From an uncultured Candidatus Marinamargulisbacteria bacterium (GTDB lineage: Bacteria; Margulisbacteria; Marinamargulisbacteria; CAYINU01): a stretch of DNA of 64,000 nucleotides. Every line of letters begins with the position of its first letter. The stretch's first letter is position 1. The notes beneath the pieces are model-generated. The model had not been told where the DNA came from and searched no databases. It saw nothing but the letters and a program-made list of their open reading frames with translations. Of this stretch, positions 61,135 through 64,000 are shown in pieces. The translations under genes and the position numbers were made by a program. The DNA lies in assembly GCA_964364855.1 (NCBI GenBank), contig CAYINU010000002.1, positions 2,337-66,336 on the forward strand, given 5' to 3'.

Positions 61135-62059
61135 AGCTGGTCTCATAAATAGGGAAGCCGTCTCAGAAAGGTTCCAGGCAAGGCATCCTGAGTACGACGC
61201 GCGGAGCGTACTTCCTGTACGTGAGCACGTCGCACGCAAGGATAACGCAACATGGGGCATTTATGAGAGGGCTTCTAGGTATCAACTTACCATTGCATAC
61301 GATGGGTCTGGTTTTGCAGGATTTCAAAAGCAAACGCAGAAGCGGACAGTCCAGGGTGAACTGGAGGATCGGTTTGGCAAGGTTTTTGGCGAATTTAGCC
61401 TAACCTATGCCGGCCGTACGGATACTGGCGTGCACGCGGTCGGCCAGGTACTGACCTTGGAAATTGCGCAAGAGATGTCGGAAGCGCAATTAAGTCGTGC
61501 ATTACAGGGCCAGTTGCCTAGCGATATTCAGTTAATGTCCGCAAAACAGCTATTGAAGCGCCGCCACGCCCGTTTTGATGCCAAACGCCGGCAATACCGG
61601 TATGTCTTTACCAATGGCGATTTGCCGGTATATTTGCGGCCGTATGTGGCGCGCGTTCATTTTGCGCCGGACATCACGGTGTTCCCCCCGATCCGGACGC
61701 TGTTGGAAGGCACCCACGATTTTTCTAACTTCAAAAATACCGGATCCGATGAAACGCGGATGCAGAGGACCCTCTATCGGTTGGAGATGGGCAAAAGATG
61801 GCATCGGTGTTTGTATGCGGACAAACGGTACGCTGTTTACTACATTGATATCGAGGCCGACGGGTTCTTGCGGCGCATGGTGCGCCATATCGTGGGGGCA
61901 ATATTTTCGGTTATGCAAGGCCGGCTTACGCTCGAACAACTGCGTTCAATATTGACAGAACCGGGTATTTTGAATAAACCTTATACACCAGCGCCCGCGC
62001 AAGGGCTGTGTTTGGTACACGTTGTGTACGACGAAGTGAATGAAGGAGATCCTGTATGA
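61124..62059 (+). CDS. truA: tRNA pseudouridine(38-40) synthase TruA (start codon uncertain)
   Basis: The core ...YQLTIAYDGSGFAGFQKQ...YAGRTDTGVHAVGQV... matches TruA. There is no in-frame ATG or GTG between the rplQ stop (61134) and the conserved core. The nearest canonical start is TTG 61124 or 61127, overlapping the rplQ 3' end. Confidence 0.7.
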   Translation: MLPRAGLINREAVSERFQARHPEYDARSVLPVREHVARKDNATWGIYERASRYQLTIAYDGSGFAGFQKQTQKRTVQGELEDRFGKVFGEFSLTYAGRTDTGVHAVGQVLTLEIAQEMSEAQLSRALQGQLPSDIQLMSAKQLLKRRHARFDAKRRQYRYVFTNGDLPVYLRPYVARVHFAPDITVFPPIRTLLEGTHDFSNFKNTGSDETRMQRTLYRLEMGKRWHRCLYADKRYAVYYIDIEADGFLRRMVRHIVGAIFSVMQGRLTLEQLRSILTEPGILNKPYTPAPAQGLCLVHVVYDEVNEGDPV

Positions 62060-62499
62060 ACAAGCAAAAATCGTATTATCCAAAGGCAGTGGACATCTCT
62101 CATGAATGGGTTCTCATCGATGCGGATGGGCTGGTACTGGGCCGGCTGGCAACCGAAATTGCACGTCGTGTCCGTGGCAAACACCGGGCCAATTTCACCC
62201 CTGGTGTAGACCAGGGCGACTTTGTTGTTGTCATTAATGCGGACAAGGTACGGGTAACCGGTCAAAAGACGACAGATAAGTTGTATCACCGATATACCGG
62301 TTTCTCGGGGGGTGTGCGGACCCAGCGATTTTCGGAGGTATTGGCCAAGCATCCCACCCGGTTGGTTCAGCTTGCCGTACGTGGTATGCTGCGCCAAAAC
62401 CGGTTGCGCAAGAACTTGTTGGCCAAAGTCAAAATTTATGCAGGGGACCAGCATCCTCATGGTGCGCAAAATCCCAAGCCAGTGACGATCCGCGCGTAG
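62056..62499 (+). CDS. rplM: 50S ribosomal protein L13
   Basis: MNKQKSYYPKAVDISHEWVLIDADGLVLGRLATEIA... matches L13. Confidence 0.9.
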   Translation: MNKQKSYYPKAVDISHEWVLIDADGLVLGRLATEIARRVRGKHRANFTPGVDQGDFVVVINADKVRVTGQKTTDKLYHRYTGFSGGVRTQRFSEVLAKHPTRLVQLAVRGMLRQNRLRKNLLAKVKIYAGDQHPHGAQNPKPVTIRA

Positions 62500-62519
62500 T
62501 AAGGAGAAAGTAAACACCC

Positions 62520-63173
62520 ATGCCTCGAAAATCAGACGCTGAAAAAGAAACCAAGAAAGCAGCCCCCACAAAAGCGGCTGCCAAAAGAGAACCGACTGCA
62601 AAGGCTGCCGCAAAACCTGCTGCTGCGAAAGCGGCGCCGAAGGCAAAAGCCGAAGCCAAGCCTGCCTCTAAGCCCGTCGCTAAGGCATCTGCGACGAAAG
62701 CGGCACCCAAAGCTGTTGTGGCTGAAAAAACGGCTATGCCCGTTGTCAAAAAGCCGCGCAAGGCATCTGTCGGATTAAAAGTGCCTGCTGGTGCCTTTTA
62801 TGGTACAGGTCGCCGCAAATCCTCTATCGCACGTGTCTGGGTATTCCCTGGATCTGGCAGAGTGGAAATCAACGGTCTGGGTGGGCGCGATTATCTCAAA
62901 CGGGACGTGTTGTTCGCCGAAATGCTAAAGCCCCTGACTGTTCTGGATCTGGGCAAAAAATACGACGTAAAAATGACAGCCAAAGGTGGTGGGCTTACTG
63001 GCCAAGCGGATGCTGGTAAATTGGGAGTGGCCCGTGCCCTAGTCGCCATGAACGAGACCTTTCGAAAGGCGCTTCGGGCCGAAGATTTACTTACCCGGGA
63101 TTCTCGCATCAAAGAGCGAAAGAAGTATGGCCGGAAGCGCGCGAGAAAAGGGTTCCAGTACCGCAAACGGTAA
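62520..63173 (+). CDS. rpsI: 30S ribosomal protein S9 with an 85-aa Ala/Lys/Pro-rich N-terminal extension
   Basis: The C-terminal 130 aa (...FYGTGRRKSSIARVWVFPGSGRVEING... GGGLTGQADAGKLGVARAL...KKYGRKRARKGFQYRKR) matches S9. The N-terminus is MPRKSDAEKETKKAAPTKAAAKREPTAKAAAKPAAAKAAPKAKAEAKPASKPVAKASATKAAPKAVVAEK.... Confidence 0.9.
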   Translation: MPRKSDAEKETKKAAPTKAAAKREPTAKAAAKPAAAKAAPKAKAEAKPASKPVAKASATKAAPKAVVAEKTAMPVVKKPRKASVGLKVPAGAFYGTGRRKSSIARVWVFPGSGRVEINGLGGRDYLKRDVLFAEMLKPLTVLDLGKKYDVKMTAKGGGLTGQADAGKLGVARALVAMNETFRKALRAEDLLTRDSRIKERKKYGRKRARKGFQYRKR

Positions 63174-63178
63174 GCCGA

Positions 63179-64000
63179 TGTATCGTATTGGCACGTTTAA
63201 TAAGATTTCCCCTCGGGGATTGGATCAATTTTCCGAAGATGATCGGTTCGTTCTGGAAAAAGAAAGCACCGATGTCGATGCCATCGTGGTTCGCAGTCAC
63301 AGCTTGCTGGACGCCACCTTGGGCAGCGGCGTAAAAGCCATTGGTCGCGCCGGTGCCGGTGTGAATAACATTCCTGTGGATCGGTGCACCCAAGATGGCA
63401 TCGTGGTTTTTAACACACCTGGTGCCAATGCCAATGCCGTCAAGGAACTGGTGTTAGCAGGGTTACTGTTGACTGCTCGTGACATTGTCGGGGGGGTAGA
63501 GTTTGTCAAAGGCCTCAAAGGCAAAGGTAAAGAAATCTCGGGTATCGTAGAGAAAAACAAATCCAATTTTGTGGGCATTGAACTGATCGGAAAACGCCTG
63601 GGCGTGATGGGTCTCGGCGCCATCGGTACAATGGTGGCCAACGATGCCATCAGCTTGGGTATGACGGTGGAGGGCTATGATCCCTTTATTTCCGTAGACT
63701 GGGCATGGCGCCTCTCCAAAGAGGTAAAACGGGCCGAGTCGCTGGAAAAGATGCTCAGGTCCGTGGACTTTTTGACCATCCACGTTCCTTTGGTTGCGGA
63801 TACCCGTGGCTTTTTAAACGCGTCTCGACTAAAGCATCTCAAAAAATCGGCCGTGCTCCTCAACTTTTCTCGCTCCGAAGTGGTGGTTGAGGCCGACATC
63901 ATCTCTGCGCTAAATGGCGGGGTTTTCCGAAAGTACATTTGTGATTTCCCCAGCGAGGCGTTGCTGGGTACGCCGAACGCCGTATGTCTGCCGCATCTGG
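63179..64000 (+). CDS. serA: D-isomer-specific 2-hydroxyacid dehydrogenase, probably D-3-phosphoglycerate dehydrogenase (3' partial, runs off the window)
   Basis: Hand translation from ATG 63179: MYRIGTFNKISPRGLDQFSEDDRFVLEKESTDVDAIVVRSHSLLDATLGSGVKAIGRAGAGVNNIPVD...GKRLGVMGLGAIGTMVAN... with the NAD-binding GxGxxG. The frame is open to the window end. Confidence 0.75.

Overview
This is a bacterial chromosomal segment of roughly 55% GC, mostly conserved core genes, with two small accessory insertions; nothing resembles a CRISPR array, rRNA or transposase. The 3' half (31.0-64.0 kb) is one long, fully syntenic translation/transcription supercluster on the + strand, preceded by the convergent minus-strand rplU-rpmA-obg-proB-proA operon (27.7-31.3 kb). 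The supercluster runs tRNA-Trp, secE, nusG, rplKAJL, rpoB, rpoC, rpsL, rpsG, fusA, tuf, the S10, spc and alpha operons, truA, rplM, rpsI, and a partial serA-like gene at the edge. The 5' half holds the following:
- At the left edge, a partial AAA-ATPase-like gene, a composite hairpin-containing direct-repeat block, and tRNA-Tyr.
- A DtxR/MntR-type metal-uptake locus: regulator, putative outer-membrane channels, and a TroA/MntC-like ABC system whose two permeases each carry a C-terminal DtxR-like winged-helix domain.
- A bifunctional otsA-otsB fusion, the gyrB-gyrA operon, lepB with a TTG-started ThiS-like gene overlapping its stop, a DAHP synthase, purL, a secreted hypothetical protein and recG.
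- An AT-richer island between recG and rsmD carrying a COG1672-type orphan ATPase with its own promoter.
- rsmD, coaD and rph, followed by a tightly overlapped module of a PAS-HisKA protein lacking a kinase ATPase domain, a YkgJ-type Cys-rich protein and a JAB/MPN+ metalloprotease.
- A hicB antitoxin followed by a HicA toxin frame that lacks a usable start codon.
The module downstream of rph and the permease-DtxR fusions are my best candidates for undescribed biology. All domain calls come from reading motifs by eye and need HMM or BLAST confirmation.
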